This document shows, piece after piece, positions 61,210 through 64,000 of a stretch of DNA of 64,000 bases. Both the position numbers and the translations under genes were made by a program. The notes under the pieces were generated by a model. That model did no database searches, was not told the DNA's origin, and was given only the letters and a program-made list of their open reading frames with translations. The stretch is taken from assembly GCA_965153285.1 (NCBI GenBank), contig OZ229121.1. The stretch is one strand, 5' to 3'. The first letter of the stretch is position 1; each line of letters opens with the position of its first letter. The stretch is from Podarcis tiliguerta (lineage: Eukaryota).

Positions 61210-63757
61210 GGCAGGCTAGTATGGGAAAATGTAGGCATTGTGCTTCACTTTTCTAAACATATAAACATTTACAGGCTGCGGCGCTCAAGTGCCAGCTGCT
61301 CATTTAGATCATTGCATGATTAGCCATGACTTCTTGCCACAGCATCCCACTACTTTGCAAACTTTTTAAGTTGTGAGTTTTAAAATAAGATTTCCTTCTC
61401 TCGAGTGTCGTACTCCATCTGTCGGATACTGAAGAAGCATGTCTCTGCAGTTTTAGCCATTTATGTTTGTTACACTTGGCAGCTTCTGTGTGATTCCCAC
61501 TGGGTTTCCCACCCAGGCAAACATACAGGGGCTGGGCCTACTTAGCTCCAGAAGCAGAATGGCATCAATGCAGCACCACCACCATCTTTGCAGGTTTAAT
61601 GTCTGCGTAGCCAGAAAGTAATGCCCCCACTCCTCTCTCTGCAAAGCAGCAATACAATGCGTCCAGCTACTATGACCATAAAGCTCTTCTCTAGCTGGCC
61701 TGATGGGTGGAGGACTCCATATTACAGTTGAAGGTCTTCTCTTAAGCTTCTCTTTAGGAACTTGCAGTGGGGATCAAGTTTGTCCCCCCCCCCCCTTATG
61801 TCATTCCACAGAAGTGTTACGAAACAAATCTAGATGTCAAGATCAAATTTAATAAAAAGCAGCCTTCTGGTTTTGAGATTAACATGTTTGCCAATTAAAA
61901 CCACCCAAAATAAAACGGCAGAAACGACTGAACACGTGGTAGAGACGAAAGAAAAGAGGACAAGGGGTTTTCCTAGCAAATCAAAGTGCTTTATTTTATA
62001 AAGCCTTACTCATGTCTGGAATGTGCTTCTAGAACTAGGAGGTACAAAGTGAGTTGTCCTCACCCTCTCTGAGCAGTTTAACAGTAATGAGTGACAAAGA
62101 CTGTTACGGGGGGGGGGGGGGGAGATGTAATTAACTCTAAAAAAAAGAGCATATGTTAATTGGCCACAATAGAATATTTACTCTTTTATTGTAACATGTA
62201 CCTCCTATCAGTGCCCTCCTATTAGTTCCTTTACATTCTCACCATACCTTAGAAACCACTGTTTATCATATGAAAAAAAACATTCATGTCGTGCCAGAGG
62301 AAGTGTGGATGTATGAAGAAAGAAAGAAATCAAGCCAAGCCACAATTATCAATTATCAATACATAAAATGCACGATTGTTCGCATACTAGCACAAAACGT
62401 TTAGCATCACTAGAAGGGACAAGGCAAAAGCATTCAGGATAGCCTTGTATCCTGGAGATGGGCTACTGGGCCAACATGGTGGGGTGGGTATGAGAAAAAC
62501 CTGACCTATACTTCTCATAGACATGCTTCTGCCTGCTAGGAGTGAGACATGGGTCTGCTGTGACTTCTAATAAGCCTGTTACCTTGTCAGATAACTAACC
62601 GTGGCAGAATTGTGGACCACTGCATTCCCTTAGGAAGGGAGTTAAGCTCCCATTGCCCATGAAGACTTCAAGCACCAGGGTAGATAAACTCTAAGCTTTA
62701 TTTAGGCTCCTCAGTCCCTTACCAGCATTTTGAATAAAACTTGCAGACAGGTCAACATATTTGATAACATGGCATTCTACCATATAGATGTAACTAATCA
62801 CATACGGAATATAACCCTTGCATTTGGATTTCTGTCCAAAACAGGCATAAAAAGGACTGGGCCATCCTTAGGAGTTGCATGCAGCCCTGTGTATCTTCTC
62901 AGGTGATCCTGAAATCCTGAACGCCTTTGCCGCAGGAAGAACTCTAGGATTGGTAAGTCTTGCAATAAGCTTTTTTTTGTCTGTCTATAACGGTGTGTTA
63001 AGATAGGTCTGGAGGACAGAGTGTGCTACTGCAGCAAATACTGGTTTGCATCTTTAAGACTACTGAGAGATAGAATAGCAAAGTATGGTATTTGCAAAAA
63101 TACTGTGTGAGCAGAGACAGAAACATGGGAACCAGTGTAAATGCAGGACTCCCAACTATAGGCACCATAAGGCAAAAAACAGACGAGCTGAAGCTGTAGA
63201 GACCAAAGTCAATTTATGTGCTGTGTTTGCACAAAGAAGTACGCAGAGAGAGCTTGGGGTGTGGTGGTGGAAGAGAGGTTTTGTATTCAACTTTCACTGT
63301 TCTTAGCATTTTCCTCCATCCTATGCCCAGATGCCAGATGGGCAAAATATTTATCTTTGAGTACGGGAGCAGATAACATCTTGCCCAAGTAGAGACTGAA
63401 CAAGGAGAAGAGGAACTTCAAGAAGGGAAATTGGTTGTGCATTTTATGTAAATAATTATGGACTAACCAGACAGCACTAAGATTGCAACCTAGTTTCAGA
63501 AGGTACATTATTTCTGGCAGAAAGTCAAGAGCTCTGCTCATGGTGAGAATAGTGAATGGCAAAGTTACAATCCTGCTTGTTACAGCAATGGGTTGGAAAT
63601 AAAGGAGTGCATTTTGGACTATAGCTGCTATCAGACCCATTCAGGGATAATGGGAATTATAACCAGTGCTTTTTTTTGTAGAAAAAAAGGTGCCAATACT
63701 CACCATGAAGTTGTTAAAGTGCCACACTTTTAACATTTGGGAGAAAAAGTACTGGCA

Positions 63758-63992
63758 CAGTCGTACCTTGGTTGTCACACACCTTGGTACTTGTACATTT
63801 TGGCTCCTGAACGATCGAAACCCAGAAGTGTTCCAGTTTTTGAACTTTCTTTGGAAGTCAAACGTACGATGCGGCTTCCGCTATTGTTTCCGGCGCGCCT
63901 GCACAATCAGAAGCTGTGCCTTGGTTCCCAAATGTTTCAGAAGTTGAACGGACTTCCGGAATGCATTCTGTTCGAAAACCAAGGTACGACTG
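63758..63992 (+). mobile_element. Short TA-target MITE related to family B
   Basis: cagtcgtaccttggtt ... aaccaaggtacgactg|TA; sits next to a hAT-like end starting near 63664. Confidence 0.8.
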
Positions 63993-64000
63993 TACTGTGT

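Noticed and set aside
61980-62300. Possible 3' end of the expected convergent neighbour PIP4K2A (minus-strand AATAAA motifs)
   Set aside because: Only generic tttatt hexamers in AT-rich DNA; I could recognise no coding exon or UTR sequence.

Overview
Vertebrate nuclear DNA, most likely from a lacertid lizard (inferred from the Sauria-type SINEs and the squamate-style repeat landscape). The only protein-coding content I can support is the 3' end of SPAG6 (axonemal central-pair armadillo-repeat protein) on the + strand: three coding exons at 2689-2805, 5496-5641 and 9895-9961 (stop), with canonical GT-AG introns and consistent phases. The remaining ~54 kb is non-coding; by amniote synteny it is probably the SPAG6-PIP4K2A interval, but no PIP4K2A exon was seen. 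It is dense in transposable elements: Sauria SINEs, Squam3-like SINEs, tRNA-headed CR1-tailed SINEs, TA-target and hAT MITEs, Harbinger-like MITEs, a solo LTR, and CR1/L2/RTE/L1 fragments. It also holds an orphan CpG island and several TE-free, motif-rich enhancer-like blocks. I found no novel protein system; the supplied ORFs are repeat-derived or look spurious. The most notable observations are: two SINEs with different tRNA heads (Asn, Lys) joined at the same point of a CR1 tail, with the parent CR1 3' end also in the window; two multi-layer nested TE stacks with readable target-site duplications; nine TGACAG sites in 1.5 kb; and the orphan CpG island carrying X-box-like and YY1 motifs downstream of a cilia gene. 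Family names and reference comparisons are from recall, not from database searches.
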